DNA of 64,000 bases from Gnetum montanum. Taxonomy: Eukaryota; Plantae; Gnetophyta. The DNA is taken from NCBI GenBank assembly GCA_015680685.1, contig MNCI01000614.1, positions 722,248 to 786,247 of the forward strand, given 5' to 3'. A program made the translations under genes and the position numbers. Positions 13,846 to 28,300 of the stretch are shown here, piece after piece (position 1 is the first letter of the stretch; every line of letters starts with the position of its first letter). The notes beneath the pieces are model-generated. The model did no database searches and was not told where the DNA came from. It was given only the letters and a program-made list of their open reading frames with translations.

Positions 13846-15869
13846 CCCCAAAGAAATTTTACTTTTTTTATAAAAAGCCTCAAAACCAAGAATTCGCATT
13901 GTAATTTGATGGGAACTTAAAGGTAGAAATAATTACCTATTTTTCCATCAAAAATCCTACCCCATGGCCTTATTCTTGTAATGTTTCAAGCAAAATTTCA
14001 ATGTGTAAGATGGAATTTGTATTTTATATGCTAGAAATTTCATTTATGATAATGTATGAAGGCCCAAAATCTAAATATGCTACCAAAATTGGCAACAAAA
14101 AGCCAAAAAGAATTAGTGGATTATACATTGGAATATGAACCATGAAAATAGCCAAAACATGCCATCAAATTGGGCAAGAAAAGCTCCATACTTTGGAGAT
14201 CACATCCTGTAGTTTTGGATGGTTGAAAATACCACATATGTTGGTATTTTAAGTCCAAAAAGTAAAAGATGTTTGTGTATCATACGCTATACATTTTGAC
14301 CACCAAAATCTTTCAAAAAGTTGTAGAAGTTATCAGAAATTTGGTAGCAATCATAGAAAAATCAACCAACAAAAATCCTAGTCTATCACATCTAGTTTTG
14401 ATAGAACATAGATAATCTCTTAGGTGGAGAGGATACGAACTAGATTTTTCAATCATTCATGAGGAGTATTATAATTTCATTTGTGCCAAAAACCAAGCAT
14501 GCCTTCACATCCCACACTTGGAATCAAAATCCAAAAGCTAGTTCATCTAGCAAAATAGGAATGAGTATATCCCTTCATCCTACAACCAAATTCACCTAAC
14601 AAACTATTATACACACGTGTTGATGCAAACAATAGACATTAATCAGATGAGTGAGGAGATTAGATTGAACAAAAACCAAGAGGACTAGGATGAGTTTGGA
14701 GCAAAGCATGAACCAGATACATTCATAGGGATCCTTTTCCAATAATTAACTCCACAAGCAACAACTTCACCACCATAACGCAAATCTAGTACTAAAGGAA
14801 GAGCAAAGAGATTTGGGAGCATAACTTGGAACCTACAGAGAGCATAGATAACTATTTGACACACTCTTCTAGCTTTACCAGGCTCCAGGCTCCAGGCACC
14901 ATCCATTTAGTTTTTTGGTCCATTCAAAGCATATAAACTTCTACTTATTCAAATTTTATTTTTGCAACAATTTATTATTTTAATAAAAATTCTAGTTCAT
15001 CTATGCAATTCAAGTTTATTTTATGTTTTCTTTGGCATTATATTTTCATTTTGAATTAAATTTATTTGCATTATTTACATATTCTAAGTTCATGGGTGAT
15101 CATCAAGACCATCCAAGATGCTTCCAATCCCTTTCTCAAGGCCCATGGAAGTCAGAGTCAAATTGTGTCACTAGAAATCTTTGATTTTCTAGCATCAAAT
15201 TTTTCTGGTATTATACAATGTGTGCAATTTGGAATTTGATTTTACACAATGGACATCTTAGTCCCATATGCTGGGAAGCATGTGTGAGTAGTGTGTGAGA
15301 GCAGGAAACTAGTCAAAATTGCTCACACACTACATAGAAATGTTCAGAACAATGCAAAAATTTGACGATAATCTAGCAGAAAATTAGTCAAAATTAAATT
15401 AGTGGAAAACCTTCATGCATGGCCTATTTAAGCCCAAATTTCCAATATTTGAAGGACCTTTTGGCATTTTCTACAATAAAAAGTTTTGGAGAGAAAGGAG
15501 ATCTAAAAGTCCAAAGACATTTGGAGAGAAAATTTAAAAGAACTATGACCTTGTTGTAGTGCAAGACAATGCATTTGGAAGGACTGTAGGACATACATTG
15601 CTCATCCATAAGCCTAATTCTCTACATTAGCTTATGAAAAATGATCTTGAAAAAATTAAAGTTTCACATTTTATATTCCCTAAACTTTGTTCATCATAGA
15701 GTTAATACAAATTTTGTAGTGTTTATATATTTGGCATCATTATTTCCTACAACTTATCTTAATGTAGGCATATAAGAAAGCTAATGATCTACCATCTTTC
15801 CTTCCTAATCTAGATCATCTAATTGAATTGGATCATAGAGAAGTTGGAAACTAAGGAAATTATAGAGTT

Positions 15870-17700
15870 CATCATGGAGCAAGAAAAGATACATCTACAA
15901 ATTGATGAAGCGAGAATGGAAACCATCTTGGATTAGCCTCTTTGTCATTACATGACTATTAGAGGAAACAAAGGAAGCATAGCCTCTAAATAAGATATTC
16001 ATTTGAAAAATGAAGATGAAGAGCAACCAATAAGAAGACTTAGCAAAAGCAATCCTCTATCACATCATATTTATAACATTAGCATTATATCTACTCAAAG
16101 TTCTTCACCCAAATCTATTCCTTCTACTACAGAACGACTTAGTCTTCCTATGAGTTATGTTCCTCTTCCTTGCCATTTGTTCCCTCCTAATAACATTGAA
16201 AATCTGCATTCTATCTTCCAATCCTCTATTCTACCTTTTAGTTCCCCATACTCTATTCCTCAACCACAACCTATCATACCTAGTGTACAATGCATTTGCA
16301 TTTCTACTTTCACCACTTTTCTATTGTTCAGTATTCCCCAATCTGCCAATGTACCCTCCTTTCTTATTTACCCACCTAATTTAGTTTAGTTAGGTACACC
16401 TATTCTTGCTACTTTTGGACTTCTTGTATACATATGTCCTCCTCTAACATCATCACCTATTACAATGGCTCAATTTGTCTCTCACTCTCTTGGAACAAAT
16501 CCACAACTATTAGCACTATTAAATGATGTTATGATTCATCTCCATAGCACTAAAGATAAATTAGCTAAGGCATTGAACATGGAAAAAAAATTTGTATTTC
16601 CTTAAATCAAGTTCTAAGTGATCCTATAAGATCTGTTACTCCCTTGCCAGTTCTACCTAAGGGAATTTTCTACAATATTTTGTAAAGTACAATGGTAAAG
16701 CAAGGAATATTATAAATCATGTGATCACGTTCAAGAATGAATGCATGCTTCTTTCCCCTTACTCTTACCTTATGCTTAGATGTTTTTCTAACTTTTTATC
16801 TGGAAGATATTTGGAATGGTATAGATCATTGCCTCATGGATCTATCACCCCTTCAAAGTATTTGCTTATAGCATTCATCAAATGCTTTAAGTTTAATATT
16901 CCTCAAAGTACAAGCATCATGTCTTTTTTTTCTATTAAGCAAGCTCTAGATGAACCCATTAATAAGTTTATCTCTCGCTAGATAGTAGCATCAACTAAGT
17001 TTCCATATCATTTGGAGAAATGTCATCTACAAGATGTTTTTGAAACTATAGTCATTGACTACATTCAAAAGAGGATGACTTATTCTAAGCCTCATTCTCT
17101 AAATTATATTTTCTTGGTTTCTATAAGTATTAAACAAGCTACTATGCAACGTAGTAACTAGGAATTTTTGTTAATCCATAATAAAGCTAACAAGGCTACA
17201 AAATAAGAGAATGGATAACCAACTTCTCAAGTTTTTTCTTCTTTTTCGAAGGGATAAACAATGCTTCCTTAGTTTCTTCATATTTCATTTAGCAATATAA
17301 ACCTTAAAGAAATAGAGATCAAGATACTAAGATACTCATGAGGTATCCTATGGTTTTGAATAATCTTCTTTGAGATGAAAAGCTTAAGAGGAAATAGGTT
17401 TTCAATCAAGTGAGAGTGCATTATTATCACATTTAACAAATAGCAATGGATCCTTCTCAGAGACAAGAAGGTAATCCTAAGATGTCTAAGTGGTATCACT
17501 AATAGAAGTATAACTACTATCATGAGACTGTTAGTCATGCTACAAATAACTATAGGAATCTAAAAGATGACATCCAAGATCTCATAGATATAAACAAGAT
17601 AGTGGTGAAAAGCGAATAATTCACTATGCATCTAGATAATCAATAGCTATAAGTAGTTCAAAATCCCTTGGAAGCTAGAAACACTATTTCAATTTTTAAG
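15870..17700 (+). pseudogene. gag: Tat/Ogre-like retrotransposon gag relic with Pro-rich N-terminus
   Basis: KYNGK...HVITFKNEC...LMLRCFSNFLSGRYLEWYRSLPHGSIT (16680-16900) is the Retrotrans_gag motif. Pro/Ser-rich ORFs lie upstream. Confidence 0.65.
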
Positions 17701-18429
17701 GTTAAATAAAAACTCATAACTCCCTACCTAAGAAGCCTTATTTTTTGGTCTAGTTACAAGCATCATTAACATTCTTCACCACCATCTTAGAAACCTTACG
17801 TAATTTGTTGGTATAACTACAATTCCATACTAGCAAAGCCAAATCATCCTTTCTCATCTCCTTATCACATCCATGCTATTCCAAATAATGGAAGCTCAGC
17901 TACATCTTACATTCTCATCCATGCTTATCACTCTACTTCTATTACTTCATCCATCCATCCATCCTATTCTCATCTAATGTCATATCATCCTAGATAACAC
18001 ACAGCCTCTATTTGGCCTTTCTTCTCTTAAACTCTTTGGATACATGCCTCTCTTTGAAGTTTCAAACAAAATTAAGTCATTGTACCTTTACATTCTTCCA
18101 TCCTCTAAAAACTCTAGATATTTACCATCAATTATTTGATACACCCTTAAGTTGATAGGCATTTAAACAAGTTTTTTCCCTTAAGCATAACCCATAACTT
18201 AAAAGGCCATTTCTACTTCTTTTAATCACTTGAAAGTTGTTAAAGGATCACTGACATAATCAAATCTTGAAGATTCCATTCTCCTAGACTATTGCATAAG
18301 TGCTTGCTCAATGGAATTTTTATAACTAATGGTTGATTTGTCAGGATTTTTTCCATCATTTCTCATATTTAAATAATTTTGACTCCTCAAATAAGTGAAC
18401 ATATCACACATTAGATCATTTTGAAAGAC

Positions 18430-19299
18430 TAATGAAAGGTGAAGTAATCCAACATCCAACCATATAAGATACAAGTATTCATGTGTAGCCTGATCATAAT
18501 TTGTGAATAAGGTAATGTGATTATGCTAGTAATTGATTTGAGTTTGTGACCATTGTCTTCCTTCATGGAGCTAGTATAATCTATGCACATGGTTTAGCTC
18601 TCAGTAAGGTGTATGATATATTGATGTTGGTGGGTCATATCTCCCAGCTACAATGGTAAAGTGTGAAGATAGTTCTAAGTCTAAAGAGAATGGAAAACAC
18701 TATTCTAGCCTATGGCAATGAACATTTGGTCTTAATCTTCTGTTCATACCATCGGCTTCATGTAACTACCACTAGGATACCAAGTGTACTGCTACTAGGT
18801 GTACCAAGCAATAGCACCTCTAGGTTACCAAGTAGTCACACTTAAGTGCTCAAGATTAGTTGTACTTATTCTTCTTAACAATAGTAATGATAAAGTACAT
18901 AAAATAGTAAATCATTAACTTAGAAATAATAAGAAAATTATTCTAAGTGTAAATAGTAAACATTATGCTAAGTAAAGCAATAAATCTAGGAGAATGCTAC
19001 AATAGTAAGAAATAGTTCAATCTTTATTTTCAATCACACTTGTGCCCAACTATAAAATGCTCAAATAAAAATGTCATTCACTAATTCACACTACACTATA
19101 GGCATTTACAATTCTAATCACTAAGTCTAAGTTCACAAAAAAAATGAAAGAGCTTCAATAAGGATGGACTAAATTGTATGCATATGTGGCATGATATTCG
19201 ATATCTGATGTCATAGCATGGGCTTTGATATCAGGTATGCAATATCAACTCTAATATTGGATACCTAATATCGTAGCTACTCAAAATTTCACTTTATCA
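18430..19299 (-). repeat. 3' LTR of A1
   Basis: Colinear with 39466-40343 and begins TGATAAAGTG right after the PPT. Confidence 0.9.
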
Positions 19300-19489
19300 T
19301 ACCCCCACAACTGAATGAAAACTCATCTTCAAGTTAAAAAAAATGAGGATAGAGTTTCTTAAAAAATTGAAAGGTAGATTTACATGACACTGACTAACTG
19401 TATACATGACTCTTAAATTCCATAGTGGTGTTTTACAAATTTGACATAAGACATGACATGACAGCATTTGAATAAAAAATATGGTAAAG

Positions 19490-21356
19490 CTTGATGTAGC
19501 CTAGGTAGTTCCTAGTGCTGGTGGATCCTCGATCAGTTTATTTCCCTTGTTATTAGGCTTTTGAAATCTATATTATTTTAGGAGCACCTAAAGCTTTTCC
19601 TCCTCCATCCTTGGGTCATGTACCATCCATGCTTGCTATGCAATGTGTGACGGAGGGGGGTACATCCTATGGGCACGACAACTATAGAAACATCTAATTG
19701 GCCTTGACGTACTAGGCATCAAACTACCTTCTCTCCTGTTCGAATGCTCTACCTTTTCATGTAATTCATGGTAATTGGTTAATATTTTGGCTAGGTTTGT
19801 TGCAACATCTTTCTACCATTGGTAGAAAGCCTTACCTACTTCTAGTTTAGAGTTTCCTACCTAAAGTTTCTATAGAGCATCTTTACGACTTGCAAGCTCT
19901 TTCTTATACAATGCATACATGGCTACCACTTGTTAGTTGAGCTCATTTCTAGGCCTACTTGCTATCAACATAGCTATGTAATCATAATGAAGGTTAGCTA
20001 ACTCCGTGTACTCTTTCAAGTCCTCTATCTGTAGGTCTTTATTCTTCACATCCGCCTAGTGGACATGGGCATAGCTATCCAAGATGGGTTTCCATTCAAG
20101 ATTCTATACTAAAATGGAACCAATTCTAGCCTTTTCCATTTGGATCTCCTTTTCATTGATCTGTGTGTACATGACCACTTGATCATGGAAGTATTCTTTG
20201 AGCCTTTCATGTTTCTTTGCCTCATTCTTCCACACGCTAATTTCAATAGCTGACTTCTAATGGATAGCACATACCTCCATTAAGAGGGTTTTATTTTCTC
20301 ATGGAAGGTGGCTCATGTCTTAGTTGATCCTCACTAGTTGTTCCTTTAACTAGTGGATGCTTTCTTCTAGGATTTTCTTTTGTTTCTCCACAATGGTTAA
20401 CTGCATATTGTTGATAGGAAGCTACTTGCTCTCTTCTTGTACTATGATGAGTGCCTTAGCATGTTCATACATTTGGGCTTCATCTACTAAGGCATTCCAC
20501 ACTACTTTTTCCTTCTCAATTTCCATTTATTTGTTTTGCTTCATCAAGTGATTTATTTGTTCTATTTTGAACTACTCTAGCTACTTAGGCATAATGAATT
20601 GTGTGGGATCTTGATGTTTGGATCTTAGGGCTACAAGATCTTCCTATAATTTGAGTATTTTAACTTTTGCATGCTCTTCCCTAGTCTCTACCATGATCAA
20701 CTTACCCTTTGTCGATATAAGTTTAGATTATATTGCAGTATCATCACTTGGGATGTTAAAAAGTGTTGTCATCACTTACCCTGTCTACAATAGTTGTTTG
20801 AGCACATACTCATGGTGAGTAGGAGTCATTGAGGTTCTGGCTAATATTTGAGCATCTTTGGCTCTAGTTAGATCTATTAGTGACACAAAAAGTACATTGA
20901 AGGACTCTTTGATGTGATGAGTGATCACTTCAGTTGCTCCCACTACATCTTCATGCTCCATTACCACAACTATGGCTCTCTCTCTAGTTTCTAGCATCAC
21001 TTTGAATGTAGTGTTCCTAGAAATTTTTTTTCATCATTGGGCCTCTACTCTTGATTACAATGAGATATGTCCACTCACAAGATTAGCAAAAACTATGGGT
21101 TGTATGGAATTATCAATAACTCTATAGAGGTTGGCCTCCTCCCTTGTTCCCCAACAGGTAGTCTTTGTAATTTTTTTCTTGCCTTTGCTTAGGCTAATTT
21201 TTTGGTAGTAGGAGTTTCCTGATCAATGCTGAAATATTGAACTTCCTACTCCACATGTTTCAGGTCTTGTTCTTTCGTTCAGCCTCTACCTTGGTCTCTT
21301 AGTCTCTTACTCACAACCTATGAGGATCCTCCTTATGCTCCTCTCTTTGAGGCCAT
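19490..21356 (-). pseudogene. Accessory ORF2 relic of A1 (basic N-terminus, coiled coil, conserved C-terminal domain)
   Basis: Starts at ...TTATAG|ATGGCCTCAAAG. Motifs AMLIASRPRNELN..VVAMYALYKKE and F.A*YVKAN*MFL*LSCP*DVPPPSHI...W.VHDP are homologous to A0/A2 ORF2. Confidence 0.65.
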
Positions 21357-21738
21357 CTATAATCATCAAAGATTTATAATTACTAGGGTATTCTCATATA
21401 TTCTTAACAATTCCATACCTTCTCATACCCTTAGGTACATTAATTTCTTAGTTTATTATGATTACAGAGTTAGAGAAATTTCCAAAAAGAAACCCCATGA
21501 GTGGTGGTTTTCTTATAACCCTTCACAGTTTTCCAATTTGTTCTTATGTATGGCTCATAATAGTGATTATGATTCCTTAAGAGAATTATTTAAGTGTTTT
21601 CGCATTAATATGATTGGTTTGTGTTAAAAATTTTTAATTTTTCCTTCATTTTTACCCTTAGAATACCTTTTAGGCATTAGCAAATTTTGAAAAATTAGCT
21701 TAGATTGTCCTCACTAGCACCCCACCCCCCCGCCCCCC

Positions 21739-21986
21739 NNNNNNNNNNNNNNNNNNNNNNNNNNNNNNNNNNNNNNNNNNNNNNNNNNNNNNNNNNNNNN
21801 NNNNNNNNNNNNNNNNNNNNNNNNNNNNNNNNNNNNNNNNNNNNNNNNNNNNNNNNNNNNNNNNNNNNNNNNNNNNNNNNNNNNNNNNNNNNNNNNNNNN
21901 NNNNNNNNNNNNNNNNNNNNNNNNNNNNNNNNNNNNNNNNNNNNNNNNNNNNNNNNNNNNNNNNNNNNNNNNNNNNNNNNNNNNNN
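21739..21986. other. Assembly gap (N run) flanked by C-rich tracts
   Basis: 248 N; poly-C on both sides. Confidence 0.99.
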
Positions 21987-24154
21987 CCCCGCCCCCCCCC
22001 CCCCAAAAAAAAAAAAAAACTAAGATGAGCACTTGGGGATCAAATAGATTCAAAAATCATAAAAATTAAACTAATAACATGCAAGTTATAGCCTGGGAAA
22101 GCTAGGAGGTTAGAGCTCAAATTAGCAAAGGAAAATGAAAAAACATCATTGGTTGCAAATGTGAAAAATGAAAACTTTGGCTAAGTTTCTACCTATTTAT
22201 AATTTTTATGCAATCCAATATCAGGTATCCAACATTGGGGATCTAATATCAGAGGCTAGAAATTTTCATTGTTTAATGACTTCTAAGAATAGAAAATGAT
22301 TTTCTTCAATGTCTGGAATCTTGAGCTACGAAAGTTCATGAACTATTGATAAGATGGATAGAAGGCCAATGAATCCATATTCTTAGAATGGAGAATTTGA
22401 ATTATATTTGATATTTTTTTTATGATTTTTGATCTCAGAAGATTCAAGATGATGTGGAATTTCTTGGCAGGTATAAGATACTATACTTGTACAAGTGAAT
22501 TCTCCCCAAAGAAGGCTCTAGCCCTTAATGACCTTGTATAACCACACCTAGAAGTTTCCTTAGACACCTAAGGAGTTGAATTTATTTCATACCTATTTTA
22601 CAAAACACACATGTTAGTACCACCAAATTTGAAAAATAATGCTATGTTATACAAAACCACAAGTTATGACTATTCAACTAGTAAGATGAGATGGACTTAT
22701 AAGGAATTGCAAAAATCAAGACATGAGGTGTCTTACCATAGGAATAATAAATTCTTCTATTTTATTAGTGATTAACATAATCATTAACCTTTTTGACCAA
22801 GATTCAAACCAAGTTTAGACCACATTCCAATGACATCACATTGTTTCATCACTTAGAGTCATAGTTGTAAGACTATCACTATTGCAAGGAGTATCGTCAC
22901 TTGGTGTATTGTCCAAGGGAGGGGTTTATTCATGGAACTTTTTATTTTTCTTATTTTTTAGAAGCTACCTACCTTCAAGCATGGGTAACATTTCTTTCTA
23001 CTAGGATCTCCAAAATTTTATTCTATGCTCTTTTATTTTTATCTGTGTCAACCTTACTAGAGGACTACCTTTAAGCATGGGTAACATGTCTTTCCAATGA
23101 CATGGTAAGACAACGTTAATGATACTTCTACTCCCATTTTTAATTATATCTACAAGGTTATGATACAACTTAAGTAACATTATAGAACTAACAAAATTAA
23201 TCCAAGAGAGTCCACAAATCCCCTTGATGTCACACCCTTAAGATTCACACTTTGTTCTTCACTTTTCCTTCCAAGCATAATGAGCAAAAGTTTCTTCTTA
23301 GTTGTGTGATAAAAAAGAATATCATTATAGTCATGGTAAGGACCTCTTATTAATGGAATGGATGGATAGATGTTGTGATCTCACTATTCAAATAATCAAT
23401 CCCTTATAACTTGATAACATAGAGAAATCTTCACCTTATTGGACTACATCTTGCCTTATTCTTGGTATGTTTTATTAACAATAAAATATATTTAAAAGGA
23501 AAATGAAAATAAAATATGAAAAACATAGTAAAAAACTAGAAAATGTGTGAAGAATAAAAAATGCTAAAGAATTGAGAAATATGTCAAAGAATAGCAAAAA
23601 TTTAAGAAGTGAAAGAGTGTAAAAGAATGACAAAATATTAAAGAACATGAAAAGTATAAAAAAATGGGAAAAACTATATCAAGAAATAGGAAAAGTAAAA
23701 ATAATTGTAAAACAAAAAATGGAAAAACACTTATTAGTTCTTGAATCAAGATAGGTATCTCCCCCATGACTGAACTCATGGGTGAGTGTTTAGAAGATGC
23801 TCCCTAAATCTCCTGGATCATACACCCTAGGTGGTTCACTTACCATATTTAGTAATTTAACATTTCAGTTATGGTCCCATGTAATCTTGATGGTAGTTGA
23901 GTTTTGATCATCTAAGTCCTTATTTTCTTTCCCTTTTGATGTATGATTATGAGTTAGTAATTTCATTTTTGGGCTCTCAGTTGGAGTCATTTTCTTAGAA
24001 TGGGAATTAAGAAGTGAATCAAATTTTTCCATGCATATTTTGGATAGTTGAACGTTCTCAGTTGTTGGTCATTTCATGTCTTTTGGTCTACTTCCCTTGC
24101 TCTTTCTTGTTCACATGTTTTCTTTTCACTGTTGTTGTGGACTAGCATGGTAAC

Positions 24155-25060
24155 TGATGAGTGTCAAAGTGTCACATCGATGGGCCCTTGTCGACAGGGC
24201 CCTATTTACATGGCGTTGCCCCATTGACAAGGCTACATCAACTTAGTGTTTGCTATATTTACAAGGCCCCATCAGTGGAGCCATGTAATAAAAACTATAA
24301 ATACAAGATTACAACCATATTTATGGGGAGTAAAGTCATAGTAGTAACCAAACTCTTGCAATTTTTATATTCAAAAGTTAGAATATTTTCCTGAGTGCTT
24401 GCAGTAGGATTCATTGAGTGCATGGATCTTTATTCAAGCATTATTATACCTGAGAATGATAGTGTGTGTGGTAATAAAGACAAGCTTTTTGATAAACCTT
24501 ATAGCATTCTGGATAGTTTAAATGTTTTATTCATGCATTTAATGTTTTTTGTTATTTATTCAATGTTCCTCAATAATTAAGCTAATTAAGTGAGATAAGC
24601 TAAATAATGATTAAGTAAACACATAAGTACAACTACTTCAAGCATGCATATGACATTTGGCAATCTTAGTAGCACTTAACGCTTGGTAACCCAACAATGT
24701 TATATGTGTTTAGGTTGTGTACGAAAAGTGGGACCAGATACTTGTGTTATGACTAGTTGAACAATAGTTAGCTAATTAGATTAAAATAGACATTAAATTA
24801 CATTATTCTTTATCTTACTTATTTCAAGTACCAAAACCATAAAATATAAAATGATAAAAATCATATGCCTCGATTACACTTACCCATACCTTTGTACATC
24901 ATAAGTGTAATTGAGAAGATAATAAATGATCATTAGGACAAGGTTCACTTCTAAACTACTGGTGTACTGGAAGACATAAAGTCCATAGAATTCAACTAGA
25001 TCACACGTGAATGCTTCATGATTCATATGGTTGAGCATAGGGGTATTTCACCACGCATCA
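24155..25060 (+). repeat. 5' LTR of A2
   Basis: Direct repeat of 35319-36221; TATA (CTATAAATAC) at ~24295; AATAAA at ~24473. Confidence 0.92.
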
Positions 25061-25349
25061 TTTGCATCATTTTCGAGGACTCTTTTTGGTTGAAACATGT
25101 GCTAGATAGGATTAGTGAACATTACTAACATCATTGGATGAACCCCAAGGTCTACATCACTTTCACACGTAATATAATTATATAAGCACATTGATATTCT
25201 ATTTGTTTGCAAAATTTCTTTTTCTCTCAAGCTTGATGATGTTAAACCATTGGTCCCACAAGAGTGCAAGGTGGTATATACTCATTTAGATGAGTATGTG
25301 CCTAATTTCACCTTCATCCTACATCAGGATGAACAACTATGATGGTGCG

Positions 25350-28300
25350 AGATGGAAGGTAACATTGTAATGCCTCCTAATCAATCTATGCCTGTGATGC
25401 TACTTCAAACTCTTAAGAAGTTAGGCATTCATGATCTTCAAGGGGAGTACGTTGTGCATGATTATGACTACTAGGACTACTATCCCACTAAAACATAATG
25501 CCAAAGAGATCAACACCAAGATAAGCAACATGAGTTTGTGAAGGGAAAATGGTTCATCAATCCCTTGTTCCTGCTGAACCAAGACGACAATGTGGACCCT
25601 CTCTCTAGGGGCTCTCAACATGAAAATTCTCCATCCCTCATTACTAGTGATGGGGGTGTGAACCTAAATCTACATTCTACTATCAACAATCTAGGTTTAA
25701 GAAAAGATGACAATCAAGGCAGGGGCTTGGACAAGCATCAAGATGATAAGAAACTTGATGAATGTGTCTACAACAATTGAAGGGGAGTTGGCAAATACCA
25801 TGGTGGTGGGAATCCTCCTCCCTCTTCATCCTCTTCATCTGCATCTTCTTCTTCCTCTTCTCCTAGTTCTAAAAAATGCTGCAAAAGGAATAATCATGAT
25901 GGAGGTGAGCAACAAGATAATAATACTGATCGTCATGCCCATAATAATCGAAGGGGTAATAGGGGACATCATCGGTGATAATGAAATAAGATGATGATGA
26001 GCCTATACTAGCAACTTAAAGTATGCTTAACATTATAGAGGTAGTTAAGATCCCAACTAAGTATGTGAAAGATAGTTAGATTGAACACTTAGAAATGAAC
26101 AATATCCCAATATTTGAGGGGGAATATAACTCTAATCCATAAAATCATCTATAAGTCTTTCACAATGCCTATGCCTTACAAAACATAGAGAATGACTAGT
26201 AGAAACTGAAGTTATTCCCCAAGATACTCATCAAAGAGGCAGAAAGCTAGCATCATTTTTTATAACCAACATCCATTTGCAAATGGAGTACCATGCTAGA
26301 ACTATTTAATGAAAAATACCAAACGTACTCTAGAGTGTCTAATCTGAGAAGGTAAATCCAAGGCTAGAAACATGAAACACATGAACCCTTGGATGCTGCC
26401 ATGGACATATATTATTCTCTCTTACACTGATTCCTTGGACATGATTATTTTTAGAGGAAACAACTCCACCACATCATAGATTGGCTTAGAAAAGAAACCA
26501 AAATAACTCTTGGGGTTTATGCCCAAGAAAGACTCTCTGAACTAAGAGCTCATCCAATACAAAGGCTAATAGAGTCGATAGCAAAAGAAGAAGGTGAGTT
26601 GCAAAAAAGAAAAATTACAAAAAAATATAATACGAACCCTTCCATCAAGAAAATGGAAGTCTAATTCTATGACAAAGAGGAGTCACCACTCGACGAGGTG
26701 GTGAACAAGAAAATCTTACTTGTACAAAAATTTGTTTCTAATATTTTGACAAAGATTGATAAATTATGAGACTCTTTGGATGAAAAATTCCTACCAATTT
26801 TCTAGTGATCAAGGTATAAAACTTCAAAGGAAACTTTCCAATCATTATGGGATGTCCATGGTTGAGCATTGTTGATGCACAAATGGGCATCAAGGACCTC
26901 TCCTTGGAAATCTCCAAGGAGAATGAATTTGGATGGCTTGAGAAGAGGCAAGTTCCATGCATCATGTACAATGATAATGGGTGTAATTGTATGTAGAAAA
27001 TCTAGTCCATTAAAAGTACATTCCTTAAAGCATGTAATTAGTGTGCACATGAAATGGATATCCAAAGATGCCTAAATGTAGGAGCCACAAAACAAGAGGG
27101 TACCCAATGGCTGACAACTGACCTTGATCGCAACACACTATGCATGGAACCTACTAAGAGCCTAACATATGCCTATGTTGAGGGCATGGATGAACTTGAG
27201 CAAGTTCATCACCAACTATCTGATGATGAAGATGATGATACCTATTGGGGAGAGTTGGAAATACCTAATAATTTTAAGATAGAACCCCTAGAGTTAAAAA
27301 CTTTACCAACTAGCATGGAGTATGCATTTTCAATCTGGTTTATAATCAATGTAGATCTTGCTCCTGAACGAAAAAACAAGTTATTGAATGTGGTCGACAA
27401 ATGGCCAATAATTTTTACTTAGTTATATCTTGAACTCACTAGAATTGATTTTCAGATATGCCAACTTCACATTTACACCAACCCAACCATGAAGAAAAGA
27501 AGGTAGTCGTAAACGTAGCTAAACCCGTAGTTGAAGTAGATTGTCAAAGAGGAAATAGAATAACTCCTCAAGGTGGGGTTCATCTATTCCATTGCAAATA
27601 GTGAGTGGGTTAACCCACTCATAATTGTACCAAAGAAAGGTGGCAAGAAGTGGATCTTCATTGACTTTAGGCTATTGAATATGACAACATTTAAAGACCA
27701 TTTTCCATTGCCATTTGTGGACCAAGTGTTGGATATTATATCTGGGCATTACTATTATAGCTTCTTGGATGGTTAGAGTGGCTATAATCAAATCTATATT
27801 GCACCCTAAGATCAGTTCAAAACAACATTCATAAGTCCTTAGGAAACTTTTGCATATTGCAAGATGTCATTCAATCTATGCAATTCCCTTGCAACATTTC
27901 AATGCCTAGTCCTTAGTATTTTTTTAATAGTAGATTCTTAGTGGGGTAGAAGTCTTTATGGATGCCTTCTCTACCTATGGGGCTACATTTTGAGCAAGTC
28001 CTAGATCACCTTGAGCAAATACTAAAAATATGTATTAAAAAAACCTTAGGCTTAATTGGTAGAAAAGCTATTTAATGGTCCAGGAAGGCATAGTACTAGA
28101 GCATAGAATTACTTAGGTAGGGATTGAGGTAGACTCAGAAAAGATAAGGGTCATCTAAGAAATTACATGCCAACTAGAGATATTCAAAGATGTCTGATCA
28201 TTCCTTGAACACACTAGCTACTACCAATGGTTTATAGAGAATTTCTCTAAGATCACAAAGCCATTGGTCAAGCTTACAAAGAAAGATGCTTCATTCATCT

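Noticed and set aside
21695-22053. ORFs spanning the N run
   Set aside because: Artefacts of the assembly gap.
24150-24170. Hammerhead ribozyme core CTGATGAG (retrozyme)
   Set aside because: TGATGAG is simply the LTR terminus and the C belongs to the TSD; no GAAA/NUH core with flanking helices was found.
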